Position numbers and translations under genes: made by a program
Origin: the human T2T-CHM13v2.0 reference genome, Homo sapiens
NCBI RefSeq assembly: GCF_009914755.1
Contig: NC_060932.1
Length of the DNA stretch: 64,000 nucleotides
Direction: 5' to 3' (one strand)
Shown: positions 39,225 to 54,802 of the stretch, one piece after another
How positions within the stretch are numbered: position 1 is the first letter of the stretch
Layout: every line of letters starts with the position of its first letter
Notes under the pieces: model-generated
Seen by the model: the letters and a program-made list of their open reading frames with translations, nothing else
Told to the model about the DNA's origin: nothing
Databases searched by the model: none

Positions 39225-39530
39225 ATATTATGAGTCTCCTGTTTAAAAGTTTTGGAAAGTTCTCTATTGCCTACAGGATTAGCGCTACATGATCTGACCC
39301 CGACATACTTCTCTAGCTTAATGGCCCATCTCACATCTACAGTATACTCTGTGTTCCCACTGAATAAAACTATCTTTTCCTAAAAATACTGGGTTTTTTT
39401 GAGCCTGCATTTCTCTTTCTTCCTGGAATACTTTTGTTTCTTCTTTTCTTTCCTTATTCTGCACTTGGGAACATCTGACTAATCCTCTAAGCCCTGACTT
39501 GAGCTCCTCTCACCCACAGATCAAGCTTTC
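39225..39530 (+). mobile_element. L2 fragment
   Basis: ctcctgtttaaaa...tctctattgcctacaggat...atgatctgacccc...tcctggaatac. Confidence 0.65.
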
Positions 39531-39844
39531 TCAAATTTCTCATGATTATCATAGAGGTCTAACTGTAAAATGAGCTTTCCTCTCAAAATCATCCCTCAAA
39601 AAAGAGGAAGGATACCTTAATTCTTTACAAAGTATCTTCATATTGTGGGGAGTTCTCTTAATTTCTATTTTGAGTAACAATTTACTGCTTGGGGAGAAGT
39701 CATATTAACAAGAAATTACTACTTTCGGTGCTGAGGGATGTCCCTGATGAAACTGGTTTTTAAAAGCTGGCAAATACATTTACATCAATTTATAAATTAT
39801 TTTTCTACTTTGATTTCATACCTGAAAATAAGATACTTTGAGAA

Positions 39845-40120
39845 AAGCCTTTTAATGATCATTTAACAATGAAATACAGGAAGAGGTTATTATGTGGAGA
39901 TCATATAGTATAGATGTAGAGGATACTTTAAAAAATTCTAATATTTATTTACATAACTTTGAATAAAATTTCCAATGACAATACCTAGATTAGACAAATG
40001 TCTATCTCCAACAATTTGACAGAATGAAGATGACAGGCTTTAAAATACAGTTTGGCAAGTTGAAAAGCAGCTCTAATGATGATGAAGAAACTGACGTGAA
40101 AGTGCTCAGAAGAGTTTGAA
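39845..40120 (+). mobile_element. pogo/Tc2-type (Kanga-like) DDE transposase C-terminal relic
   Basis: 39845-39904 reads KPFNDHLTMKYRKRLLCGDH; downstream frameshifted blocks NKISNDN, ISNNL, EDD and an acidic tail SSSNDDEETD, in the order seen in pogo-type transposases. Confidence 0.62.
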
Positions 40121-41633
40121 AACAATGCTCCATGGAATATGTGAATATTATAAAGGCAGCATTGCTAAAATATCTTATTTCAACTAACTTCTGTAATCTG
40201 GCCACCAAATGAAATACTGTAAGTAGTTGTCAGCTAGTTCATCATCATCCTTAATACTTTATTGTCAGTCAAAAACATTGTTTTTTGTTTGTTTCTAATT
40301 TTCTTTTTGTGAAAATGAGGGAATTGCCTTATAGTTTTGTGCTCTTTCACAGTGCTTTCCTGCCATTGAGTCTATTCAATGGTAGCACTGTAATTATGTG
40401 TTCTCTTGTCTGGCTTCCTCCTAGAAGGATCAATTCATTTGTTTTCTTTCTGTCTTAGATCTAAGAGAAAGCCTGATTCAGATATTTTTCATAGAAAGAG
40501 AGAATAAGTAAAACTGTGGATAAATGGTTCATTAAGACATTATTATATCACATTTTTTGGCTTTTATTTTGATACTTAAAATGGTACAAATAATTGTGCA
40601 ATCTAAAAGAAAATATACCTAAACTTTAATCATGACCGTTTGCAGTAAGTGCTCAGGAAAAGTTTGCTGAATGAATGAGTGAATGATATCCTTTCTAAAT
40701 AACAACATATATCTTTGATTATAAAACACTCTTTTTCATATTTGAACATTTCAGAAAAGAATGTGTTTTACACTCTGTGAAAGATAGCATTACATCATAA
40801 TTTAAGTAATAACTCCCCCCTTTATTTGTCTTTATGGGACATAAATAAAGGTATTTCTTACAAAGAGGTAACTGCCTAATGAGAGCAAAAGTGATTTGTC
40901 AATCACTTTGTATATGTCAGGCACAACAATACAATTTCTTCAATAAATAATATAATCATTATTTAACAGTTGAACACCAAGGTATAGAAAGGATGAGTGA
41001 CTGGACTTAAGGTTACAGCCAGCACCACATAGCCTGCATTTTGGAGAAAAATTTTTATTGATTTTTGATAGGGGAGTAAATACATTAGTATAATAGGTTT
41101 TACTTCAATCCTATAGGTTTATGCTATGGTTTCAAATGTATCATTTACAGTACTTGTTACTCATAACAGTTTACTATAACAATTCAACTATGTTAGCAAT
41201 TATTAAGTACATGCTATAGTTAATATATTCAAGCTACTTCTGTCACTTGTTAAAAGCACCTACTTCTAAATTTTATTTTATTTTCATTAGAAAAAGTTTA
41301 AAAAGACAAATCTCAGCTAGGTTCTGGAGAGAAACATTAAGATAGATATTGCTGGCCCCCCTGACTAGTTTTAAAAAACACTTAAAGAATTCCATTGCTA
41401 TGAATGGAACATTAAAGTCAGCAAAGCATCCCTCACCTGTGCTTTTAACTGTAAAAGCCTCTATCAGATACCCTTTTCCCCACAGAGCAAAATAACATCA
41501 GCACACATTAAGTGTTTATTTTCAGGCATCTTACTTTGTTTGAAGGTGACACTATAATATTCTGCAATATTAGAAATGTTAAAGTCTCCTTAGAAAGCCT
41601 TATGTATATACTTGCATATACATGTGAGTTTCT

Positions 41634-41654
41634 TACACACACACACACACACAC
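41634..41654. repeat. (CA)n microsatellite
   Basis: Read directly. Confidence 0.95.
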
Positions 41655-41752
41655 TTTTTAAAATTCAATAAATATTCATTGAGCACTAGTACTACAAGCC
41701 AGGCACTGTGTAGGGCTACACATTCAGTATGAAGCAAAAGAGGCAACGTCCT

Positions 41753-42069
<317 letters not shown>

Positions 42070-42647
42070 CTAGAGGAACCTTTGGCTAAAGGAGAATAAA
42101 AGTAAATAAAATTTCAAAATATAATTATAAATTGATAGAAAAAATAAATATGCAAAATATAAGGTATGAGAAACTTGCTCTCTCTTTCTGTTGCAAAAAA
42201 GTTGGAAATAAGTTTGCCCTTTGAGTTAAACTAAATCCACGTACAATCACTTTGATGTGTATCAGCGGAAGCAAACAAAAAAAAAAACCAAGATGGGGTC
42301 TTTAAAGTGTGTAATTAAAGTGGCAGGAGAGAGACCTTTAAAGTTTCAGTCAAGGTGATTATGAAGTAATCCCAGAGGCAAGACAAAGTTTTAATTTAAT
42401 AAGCAGAAATATAATCAAGGAATAGGTTGATCAGAAATAGCAAGAAGCATCATCAGAATCATTAAGGGAAGAAAAATGTGAGGACTTGAGGATTGCAGTT
42501 TCCTTGACAGTGCTATCCCTGTAGTAGAGAGTAAGCAAACTAAAAGCCAGCATTAGCTGAGAGATGCTTTTTAAGTTCACATAACTCTCTTTTCTCAGTG
42601 CTTCAAAGCCTTAGAAGCAACGCCCTGAACAGAGGCTTGCTTGAGGA

Positions 42648-42861
42648 CAGTGGTTCTCAATGGAGGATGATTCGTTCTTAGGAGATTTTTGGCAGTAGTA
42701 AGGGACAATTTGGGTGTCGTAACTGGGGGAGTGGGGCTGTTACTGGCACGTAGTGAGAAGAGGTCAAAAATGCTGCAAACCATGCCACAGGGTACAGGAC
42801 AGTTCCCCCATAACGATGATCCAACCCAAAATGTCAATAGTGCCCAAGTTGAGAAATCCTT
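42648..42861 (+). mobile_element. MER20 (hAT-Charlie)
   Basis: cagtggttctcaa...tactggcacgtagtgagaagaggtca...cccaaaatgtcaatagtgcccaagttgagaaatcct. Confidence 0.92.
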
Positions 42862-42964
42862 CTCTATTTTTGCTCAAAACGATAACAGAGGAAGAGCGTA
42901 AGAGCGAGAGTAAAAGGGGAGAACACCTTATGCTTTCAAAGTCCAGTTGCCCCTGGTGGGATTT

Positions 42965-43229
42965 CACCAGGAGCTGAAGAGTGATCCCTGGCTGACAGCC
43001 AGCAAGAAAGCATGACTGCAGTCCTACAGTCTCAAGGAACTAAATTCTGCCAACAGTATGAAACAACTTGGAGCAGACTTTCCCCCAGAGCTTACAGATA
43101 AGAACTCAACCTGACATCGTGATTTCAGCTTTGTGATACTTTGAGCAGAGAATCCATCTATACCATGCCTTACTTCTGATCCACAAAGGTTGTGGTTAAG
43201 TTGTGACATAGCAATAGAAAACTAATACA
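42965..43229 (+). mobile_element. MLT1 (MaLR) LTR, 3' part
   Basis: gctgacagccagcaagaaa...caaggaactaaattctgccaac...tagcaatagaaaactaataca. Confidence 0.88.
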
Positions 43230-43279
43230 ATCCACAAAGGTACCAATGCAGTGGTCTAGCAGATTCCAATATACCCAGT

Positions 43280-43400
43280 TTGACTGCAATCTCCCTGTGG
43301 ACAGGAGTTGGGCATGTGGTGTTCACCATTACTTTCCTCAGCATTCATCACGTCAGGAATATGGTAACCTTCAATAAATATTTGTGGACTCACTCACTGA
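43280..43400 (+). mobile_element. L2 tail
   Basis: tgactgcaatctccctgtggacagg...ttcaataaatatttgtggact. Confidence 0.7.
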
Positions 43401-43674
43401 TTTTCCTTGGCTTCATAATTTTTTCCCTTCATTGTCAAAGTACACATAGGAATTCCGTGACACACATAAACTGTGTTTACCCATCTGTGAACTTGTTTAA
43501 TGTGAACCTGAGTCAGAGTTGGACCCATATCCATTTTGCCTATAAATATAGGTTTCTGGTTGGACAAGGTATGGACAAAACCCCGGACAAAGTGAATTAA
43601 CCACAGCAAAGGTCACTTTGTAGAGGAGTTGACCAGGTTGGCCTTGCACAGGTAAATTACATTTCTGGGTGAAA

Positions 43675-43867
43675 GTGATGGTTAATTTTATGTGTCAACT
43701 TGGCTGGACCATGGCGCACAGCTATTTGGTTGCACATTATTCTAGATAATTATGCATGGGTATTTTTGGATGAGATTTAAGTTTCAATAGAAGAACTTTG
43801 AGTACAGTAGACTGCCTTCCATACTGTGGAACCTCACCTAATTAGTTGAAAATCTGAATTGAACAAC
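43675..43867 (+). mobile_element. MLT2 (ERVL) LTR, 5' part
   Basis: gtgatggttaattttatgtgtcaacttggctgg...ttggatgagattta...gactgccttccatactgtgg. Confidence 0.88.
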
Positions 43868-44559
43868 ATCCACCTATTTAAAGTTTTAACTGGATGCATT
43901 AGATTACATGACTATTATGAGCATCTATGGGCTCTATTATTTTAAACCTGAAAAGACATACTTGACAAAAAAATAATCCTTTTCCAATCCAAATTTCAGC
44001 TTTTCTTACAGGAAATGCTAGCACATGCTAATTTATTCCCATAAAACTTTACAGCCGGTGTGAAATGTGAAATATGAAATGTTTATAAGTGAATTGCAAG
44101 TATCGCCTGGGTCAGGCTCATTAGAAAAAAGTAGTATTTGAAAACGTTATTCACCTTTTCAAAGGGAAAGGAGTCCAGAAAGCAAAAGGGAAATATAATT
44201 TAATGTTTTCCATGTATCATATAGAGGAACAAATGAAGATGAAATAAGTAAACTTGTCTATCAGAAGTATTGATTAGTGTTGGAAGAGGTTGGAAACTGA
44301 GACTGGTTAAGAAGGAAAGACAGTATGAATCTTGGTGAACCACTACTTTGGGTGGAATGAGATACTAATGTTCTCCTTTAAGGAAGGAGATGGGAAAATC
44401 CCAATTCAGTAATATTTAACAGGGCAAATATAAGCAACAGATGTTGTTTTTATCTTATTATCCTGGTAAGAATATCCAAGAACAAGACATAGTAGACAGG
44501 ATCCAATATCACAGATTTATGAAATCTGAAGTTTTGAATATTTAGATAGAATATTAAAC

Positions 44560-44840
44560 TGAGAATACTAATAGTCACTGAGGATTTACTATGTTCTAGG
44601 CATTGTTCCACACACTGTAGGTCGAATCCTACATTTGCTCCTCTTGACCATCTTATGAAATGTACAATTTTTTTACCCATTTTACAAAATACATATACCC
44701 ATTTTAAATTTTACCCATTTCTATGTGCTACAAAAAACACAGAGAAGTTAAAGAACTTGTTCAAAACTAGTAAGCATGACGGTTGGCGCTAGGGTTTATT
44801 CCACATTGTCTAGCTTCAGAGCTCATGCTCTTAAATACAA
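44560..44840 (-). mobile_element. MIR
   Basis: ctgaggatttactatgttctaggcattg...acagagaagttaaagaacttgttcaa...agagctcatgctcttaa. Confidence 0.82.
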
Positions 44841-45954
44841 GGACAGATAAGTCTCTTAAATGTAAATTATTTACTACACAGCAGGATAAATTTACCAATA
44901 TATTTTAAAATTGCAAAATCCATCTTAAAAATCATGAAACAATAAATAGAATATTGAGTTAAATCATATGAGATGTCCAATTTGTAGATCAAAAATGATC
45001 AAATATTGATAAACTCATATGTCTCAATATGCATCAAACCCATTGTTATTAACCTAGTAACTGGAAAACTCCATTGATGCCTTCAATATGCTGCCTTTAT
45101 TATTTAATTTTAATTACTTTAAAGATTCAGAAGGGCATCACATTTTTGGAGGCATGCTTTGGCATGCTATTAATTATATTTTTCTTTTATAAAATGCCTT
45201 AACTTTTTGCATCACAATTTTTTCACACCTGAGTGTTTTCAGAAAATTAATAGTATTTGTTGTCATCTGGAACTTTTGAATCATTAAAAATATTACTTTA
45301 AATAAGCATTTGTCTCATCTACTCTGGAAGAAATGAGGATCTATTAAATATACAACTAACTTAAAATTAGTTTATTCTTAATTACTTCTGCTTTAGCAGG
45401 TCATCAAATTCAGAATAAAACCCAGAAGTAACAACTTTATAAGACACTCTTAGAAATGTAATGGAAACTTTTTAAAAGCAATAAATATAATTTACCATCA
45501 ATAGATACAATTGACTACCATATTACACTCAAACTTCTCGGTAATTTTCCAATATTTAACCATTTTTTTGGTCTATAAACTTGTTACATTTATTTTTCAG
45601 TCATCCCAACCTTGTTTTTTTCTACTCTCAGAGTTATCTCTTCATCTTAGTGTCACCATGATCTATTACGATTTATCTCATATGTCTCTATTTCCTAAAG
45701 CATTTTCTAATGCTTATTTTTGAGAAATAAATTCTGTTCTTTGAATTCCCATAGTATGTTATTTTTATCTCTGCCGTGATTCTTACATTTTCCTTCTCAC
45801 TTATTTGTGTTCATGCTTTTCTGCCATACTAGCTCCATCTTCTATATCTGTCTCATTGATTTAATCCTTTAACCATGTAATTTTTCTGTCCCTTTCCAAG
45901 TGGTCTCTCATTTAGATTAATTACAGTAAGTCTAAACTGATTTCTTGATCTGTC

Positions 45955-46770
45955 TTCTATCACTTAGGATGTTTTCAGCAAGAGTAGCAAAATTTCTCAC
46001 TCAAACAGATTTAAATAGTAAGGATATTTATCCTCTCACATGGGCAGAATTCCAGAGATAGAATGAGTTTCATCAGGCAGCAACAGCAATTCAATGTGAT
46101 TATCATGGATCCTGGTTCTTTCCATCCTCAACTCTGCCAACTTTGCATTTCAGCTTCACTCTAGTGCCTGCTCCTTTCATATTTGCAGGACAGCTGCTCA
46201 TTGGTCCACGTGTCACATCTAGACTCAAAAATGTTCACAGAAATAAATAAAATAGTCTCTTACATTGTCTCTGTTTTAGGAGTGAGGAAACTACTCAAAA
46301 GACCTCCAGAAGACCTCTTGTCATGTCTCTCGTGTTAGTGTTGGATCTTTCTTAGTCCACAGAGGTATGGTTTATGCCACCATAACAAGATACCTGAGAC
46401 TAGGTAGTATGTAATGAACAGAAATTTATTTTCTTACAGTTCTGGAGGCTGAGAATTCCAAAATCAAGAAGCCAGCATCTGGCAAGGACCTTCTTGATGC
46501 ATCCCCAAATGATGAAGGCAGAAGGGCAAAGAGGCAAAAGGGGGCCAAACTAGCCCTTTTGTAACAGCATTAATCCATTCATGAGGATGGATACCTCATG
46601 ACCTAAACACCTCCCATTATGCCCCACCTCCCAACACTGTTGCATTGGGGATTATGTTTCCAACACATGGATTTCCGGGAATCATATTCAAACCATAGCA
46701 GTTTCACATCTTTTCCAAACCAACTAATGGCAACAAAAAGGGTTAAACACAGTGGTTCAGGCTAATGGTT
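45955..46770 (-). mobile_element. Old MaLR/ERVL LTR (MLT1K/L or LTR33-like), split by an MST
   Basis: ttaggatgttttcagcaag...atcatggatcctggttctttccatcctc...gtgtcacatctagac, resuming after 46700. Confidence 0.65.
46348..46700 (-). mobile_element. MST (MSTC/D-like) solo LTR
   Basis: cttagtcc...aacagaaatttattttcttacagttctggaggctgag...cattaatccattcatgagg...attcaaaccatagca. Confidence 0.9.
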
Positions 46771-46872
46771 ATTAAATCTGGCAGCATATAAGTATTACCT
46801 GTGGAACATTAAAATTTGTTGAGGCCTGGGATCCACCTCCATAGATTCAGATTTAATAGTTTGAGGGTGGAG
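46765..46872. mobile_element. MER5A half element
   Basis: gcctgggatccacctccatagattcagatttaatagtttgagggtgg. Confidence 0.65.
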
Positions 46873-46918
<46 letters not shown>

Positions 46919-46930
46919 TATCTATCTATC

Positions 46931-46985
<55 letters not shown>
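46873..46985. repeat. Compound (TCTA)n + (TC)n microsatellite
   Basis: Read directly. Confidence 0.98.
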
Positions 46986-46993
46986 GATCTTAA

Positions 46994-47127
46994 GGTAGAG
47001 AAGAAAGAGTTGACAAAAGAAGTAGAAATAAGTGGCTGGAGAAGTATCGAGAGAACATCAGAAGTGTATCATATCATAAATGCCAAAAGAAGAGAATGTT
47101 TTACAGAGGAATTTATCAACAGAAGAA
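46994..47127 (+). repeat. 134-bp direct repeat, copy 1 (copy 2 at 48001-48134)
   Basis: Ungapped alignment, 12 mismatches in 134 bp by hand count. Confidence 0.93.
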
Positions 47128-47169
47128 AGGGGTGTGTGTGTGTGTGTGTGCTATTAATATATGGGTGAA

Positions 47170-48134
47170 TTATGGTGTATTTTTCTGCCAAAGCCATATT
47201 TAACCTACTATGAGGAGATGTTCAGGTGAAGAATGGGATAAGATTATTCTGTGAAGAGGAAAAGGCAGGTGCCAAGTTTCTCAGATAGGACATAACCTTG
47301 CTCACTTAATAAATTCTGTAAATGTGAGTGTGGATAGAGAAAAGTAGGAGAGGAAGAAACTAGAAATAAAGTTGAAGGCCACATCATGCGTTGCCTTATA
47401 GATTTTTCATTTCCTTCTATAGACTTTGTATTTCATTCTAAATTTAATAAAAAGGGTCGTGTTAGGAAATGGATTAGAAGGAACCAGGCACAGAATAGAG
47501 TAGACTAATCAGGAAGCTGTAATCTAGGACAGAGATGATGTCCTAGGACTAGGAGATAGGCAGTAGAGATGGATTTCAGTGGGTGAATTACAGATATTTT
47601 AAGTGTAGAAACAAAAGAAATGGATGATTATTTGCAGGGGTGTAGGAGATGGAGGCTTCAAGGCAGACTTTGAGTCCCCTGGCATGAGCATTGCAGGGAA
47701 AGGGAATGTCATTTACTGAGAAGGTTAACACTAGAAAAAGAGCCTTTGAGGGAAAGGAATATTGAAGATCACGAATTGATTTTAAACATGTTATGTTTGA
47801 AATATGCAACTAGATATTTCAAGTAGGTTCTTGTTTACACTGATTCAAAGTTTCAAGGAGTTGAACAAGCTGGAAATAGAAATGTGGGAGTTACTCTCTT
47901 ACAGATGGCATTCAAAGCCATGAGAGTGGAAGAAAGCACCTGGGAAGTATGTGGAGAGTGAGAGTAAAGAGGACCCAGGGCTGAGGCCTATGGAATGCCT
48001 GGTGGAGAAGAAAGGGTTGACAAAAGAAGTAAAAAGAAGTGGCTGGAGAAGTATAGGGAGGACATCAGAAGTGAATCATATCATATATGCAAAAATAACA
48101 GAATGTTTTACAGAGGAATTTATCAACAGAAGAA
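47170..48134 (-). mobile_element. L2, long fragment
   Basis: aatctaggacagagatgatg, ttttaaacatgttatgtttgaaat, cagatggcattcaaagccatgagagtgga. Confidence 0.85.
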
Positions 48135-48136
48135 GG

Positions 48137-48139
48137 AGC

Positions 48140-48175
<36 letters not shown>

Positions 48176-48316
48176 AATGGGGAGAGGGAGGAAGAAAGTA
48201 AAAAAGGAAGGGAGAAAAAAGAAAGTAGGAAGAAAGGAAGAAATGGAAGAGAAAGAAAGAATGAAAGAAAGAAAGGGAAAGAAAGAGAAGGAAGGAAGGA
48301 GGGAAGAGAAAGAAAA
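48137..48316. repeat. GA-rich low-complexity / (GA)n,(GGAA)n tract
   Basis: Read directly; source of the E/R/K-rich ORFs. Confidence 0.95.
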
Positions 48317-48722
48317 TTGACTCCTACTTAAAATAAAAATATAATCCATTGATACCATTTGAAGTGAGAAAAGACTCACTGCAGGGGAATGTTCAAAGGT
48401 AAAAGGACAAAGATGTCTACTGCAATGTCTTGGAACTGTCTTACTTTCTGCCCAACTTGGCACTACCATAAAATATTGGAAGCCATAAAATATTTAGAAA
48501 CTGATTATTAAACAGGCCTTGAAATCACTTTTGTGCCAGTCTGTCTCCTTTCATTTTATCTGATCTCTGCATTCAGTTCTGCGTTAGAACATGCACTAGT
48601 TAAAATGTCCATTATTATCACGAATAATGAATTAGATGACTCATGAAGCCAGTGTCTTTTAAAGTCAGACTTCCAGAGGAAAATAAAAATTTTCACTGCC
48701 TGAATGTCTGATCTTATGTGGA

Positions 48723-51386
<2,664 letters not shown>

Positions 51387-51864
51387 TGAACAATGCTCAA
51401 TCCCAAGAAATGAGATGCTAATGATGAGATTTCAGGCAGTAGGCATCAAGTACAGAAGGATGTATTAAGGTAAGCTATGAGACTATCTCACCGTAGACAA
51501 CTGCCTATATTGCTCCTGTTTTGAATAAATATGTAGATAAGATAGTGCTAATATAACTTATTTTTTTGCCAAAACTAAATTATGCTCTTGGCATTTCAAA
51601 GAATGCATCATCCATATCACTGATGCTGAAATCGAAATAGTTCAACGTGGGCAAAGTTTGATAACTTTAACTTATTCATTTTTGAAGCCCACTGGTGAAA
51701 ACTTTATTATTGTCCACCTTCTCTACTACTAATGCTGCCATCAGGGATAGGTCATGTTTCAGGGATTTTACTCCAAACTCATTATGCCAAAGAAAATGAG
51801 CTTTTGTTGTACCTAAGTTTGGAGTGTTTGAGTGTGGTTTCTCTTTGGAAACTAGGAAAAATGT

Positions 51865-52110
51865 ACATCTTGGTTGTTAAGAGCACAGGCTTTGGTGTCA
51901 GAGTGAACTGCAGTTCAAATCACAGCCCCAGTACCTACTAGTTGAACTGACTTGGATAATTATTTAACTACATTAAGCCTGATGTTGCCTCAACTGTAAA
52001 ATGGTGATGATAATATTATTAATGATTAATTGATAAACTGTGATTTATTGTGGATAGTAAATGCATTAATGCACCTAAAACAGTTAGCATAAATAAATGC
52101 TATTATCACT
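51865..52110 (+). mobile_element. MIR
   Basis: gttaagagcacaggctttggtgtcaga...gttcaaatcacagc...ctgtaaaatggtgatgataat. Confidence 0.88.
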
Positions 52111-52909
52111 GCAATTCTCAACAACAGCGTTCATTATTTCTAAACATAGGGAGAGTGGTGAGGATTCCGAGCTGCTCACCTGTGAGATAATCTCTATCAC
52201 AATTACTCTCTGATTCTATTTGCTTTCTGAAACTAGAGGGGTGGTCTAGGATAGGTGCTTCTTTCTGTGGGGGGAATCCAATGATAGGTGCCTCTCTTTC
52301 TCATCCCACAACCATCACCACGTAATTTCTTTCCTGGGTATTGGTATTGGGAAAAGAGTGCTGTGTAGTCTGCTTTGGTTCTAGTCTGCATTAGTCTATC
52401 TAACACATACAAAAATAGTGCTAATAATCCAATCTACATCACTGAAATTCTACATGGAGGTTTGGGGCCAAAACATCAGTTAGTACTGAAGCCTGACTTC
52501 CCTAAACCCTGAGAGGGGGACTGAGTGGTGTGGTGGCTTTCAAAAGGAAGGTATTCAAAATGCTCACTAGGTTCTTCCCTTCTCTCTCTGTATATAAATA
52601 ACAATCACCCCTTTTCCTAACAAAATTTGCAAGTTTTGTCTTCCATTTATCCACCAGTCCTGCCACCCCATGTATTTTACAATTAACCTGAAGTTGAGTA
52701 TGCAATATATGTATTTCACCTCGCATAGTAATTCTGTGCCTTGGTATCATCAACTAATGGAAAGTCAAGTTTGAAAAGAAAATGTGATGCATTTAACTTC
52801 TCTGTCTAAAATATGAACTATTTATATAGGTAATATTATTCTCAACTTTGTAAAATCTGGAATGCCTTTTTGCTACCCTAAGTAATTTCACACACACAGA
52901 TCGTTTGAA

Positions 52910-53085
52910 CATTACAATCACCCTTTGAAATAGTAGCTCTTGTATTCGTTTCTACTTTGCTGATGATGAAACTGAGGACGAAACAAATTAACAGATTTTT
53001 CAGGTAAGCATATATAATAAACGATGAAAATGTCCCTGAGCCCACATGATTTTGCTCCAGTGTTAAAGTGCCTTTCTGTACCACA
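52910..53085 (-). mobile_element. MIR
   Basis: acaatcaccctttgaaatag...gatgatgaaactgagg...ctccagtgttaaagtgcctttctgtaccacac. Confidence 0.7.
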
Positions 53086-53308
53086 CTTTTATGTTTCAGT
53101 CCTTTAGGAATAGGTCAGTGGGGCCCCATCAAGCTTAGAAAACAGAAAAGCAAACTAACTAAACTTTTTATGGCTTAGAAAGCCCAACATGGTCTGTCCT
53201 ACCGGGCTCTCGGTCTTCATCCCTAAACTCTATTCAAGTCAACACTGCCCAGTCACAGTAGCCATCATGAATATCCAATGCTCCTTTCCATGTAAAAATT
53301 TAGCATTT

Positions 53309-53866
53309 ACTTCCAGTTATCTATTGTTTTATTACAAGCCACCTCAAAGTTTGTGGCAGATAATAACTGTTTTATTATTCTCACGGGCTCTATGGATCAC
53401 AGTTTTGTACAGGACACAACAGGGACAGCTTGTTTATGCTGTACTATGTCTGGGCACACAGCTGGAAAAGCTCAAAGGCTGGGGGTGACTCCACAGCTGG
53501 GGATTGATATGATCTGGAGGCATCTCTGTGCATTTGTCTGTGGCTGATACTGGCTATTGGCTGGGAACTCATTTGGCACTCTCAGCTAAGACACCTGCTC
53601 TTCTCTCCATGTGGTCTGGACTTCCTCACTGTGTGGAAACTGGATAGTAAAAGCAGGCATCCCAGGAGAATTGGGAAGGAATTGCATTGCAATTTTATGA
53701 CCTAAACCCAAAAGTCATTTAGCATCACCTCCACCACACCCTGTTGGCCAAGGCACAGAACAGTCTTTCCAGGTTCAAGGAAGTAGTGTCAATGTCACAC
53801 TGTAAGTAGAGCACACTGGAGGGGGTATACTGTTTTGGCCAGATTCCAAAAAGAATAGCTGCCACG
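53309..53866 (-). mobile_element. MLT1 (MLT1F-like) solo LTR
   Basis: ttccagttatctattg...cagggacagcttgttt...ttttatgacctaa...ccaggttcaagg...ctgccac. Confidence 0.88.
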
Positions 53867-54094
53867 CACTTTCTATCCCTATTTCTAAATAGGTTTTTCT
53901 TCTGTTCCTTACATTGTTGGCTCCTTCATGTCATTCCGGTTGTTTGTTCAAATATCTCTACCTATGCCAACTGTATTTGCACCCTCTACTTTTTGCAGCT
54001 TTCTTTATCTTCCTGCTCAATATATTATTTACCCTACCTGATTCTCTTTCTTTCCCCTTCTTGCTTTGTCACTTGCTCTCTCCCCTCTCAACTG

Positions 54095-54150
54095 TCCCTC
54101 TTTATCCCTTCCCCTTCCTTCCTTCCTTCTTTCCTCCCTTCCTTCCTTCT

Positions 54151-54194
<44 letters not shown>

Positions 54195-54255
54195 TCCTTT
54201 CCTCTCCCTCTCTTTCTCTTTCTTCCTTTCTCTTTCTCTTTCTTTCTTTCTTCTC
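54095..54255. repeat. CT-rich / (TTTC)n tract
   Basis: Read directly. Confidence 0.96.
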
Positions 54256-54367
54256 ATATTTCTATCGTTGATTTATCTGTCTATATCTATTTTTCCATCT
54301 CTCTGTCTAAACTACCCTTCTACCTATCTCACTGCTTTTGTACCTCAATAAAAGTAATCTCCAAGAG

Positions 54368-54665
54368 AATGTTTAGGGCAGTGAAACCACACTCTGATAC
54401 AATAATGGTATCACAGGTCATTATATATTTGTCCAAATCCACAGAATGTACAACATCAAGAGTGAGCCCTTATGTAAATTATGGACTTTGGGTAATAATT
54501 TTGTGTCAAATTACATTCCTCAATGGTAACAAATATACCACTTTACTGGTGGATGTTGATAATGAAGGAGGCTATGCGTGAGTGGGAATGGGGGTAAATA
54601 GAAAATATCTGTATCTCTTGTTCAATTTTGATGTGAACCTAAAACTCCTCTAAAAAATAAAGTCT
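54368..54665 (+). mobile_element. L1MC/L1MB 3' end
   Basis: tttagggcagtgaaac...acagaatgtacaacatcaagagtgagccct...tgtgaacctaaaactcctctaaaaaataaagtc. Confidence 0.9.
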
Positions 54666-54675
54666 CTTCTAAAAA

Positions 54676-54802
54676 AGTAAGCTCCATGATGGCAGGAACT
54701 TTGCCTTGTTTGCCACCATATTCTGGGACACAGAACAAGGTCTGGCACAGAGATAGCAGATGCTCAATAAAAATGTGTTGAATAAATGAATGCATGAATG
54801 AA
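54676..54802 (+). mobile_element. L2a tail
   Basis: gtaagctccatgatggcagg...tgctcaataaaaatgtgttgaataaatgaatgcatgaatgaa. Confidence 0.88.

Noticed and set aside
47951-48469. ORFs of 126, 68 and 134 aa
   Set aside because: L2 remnant plus GA-rich simple repeat; no coding signature.
53914-54581. ORFs of 145, 92 and 171 aa, hydrophobic
   Set aside because: CT-rich microsatellite running into an L1MC 3' end; the membrane-protein look is an artefact.
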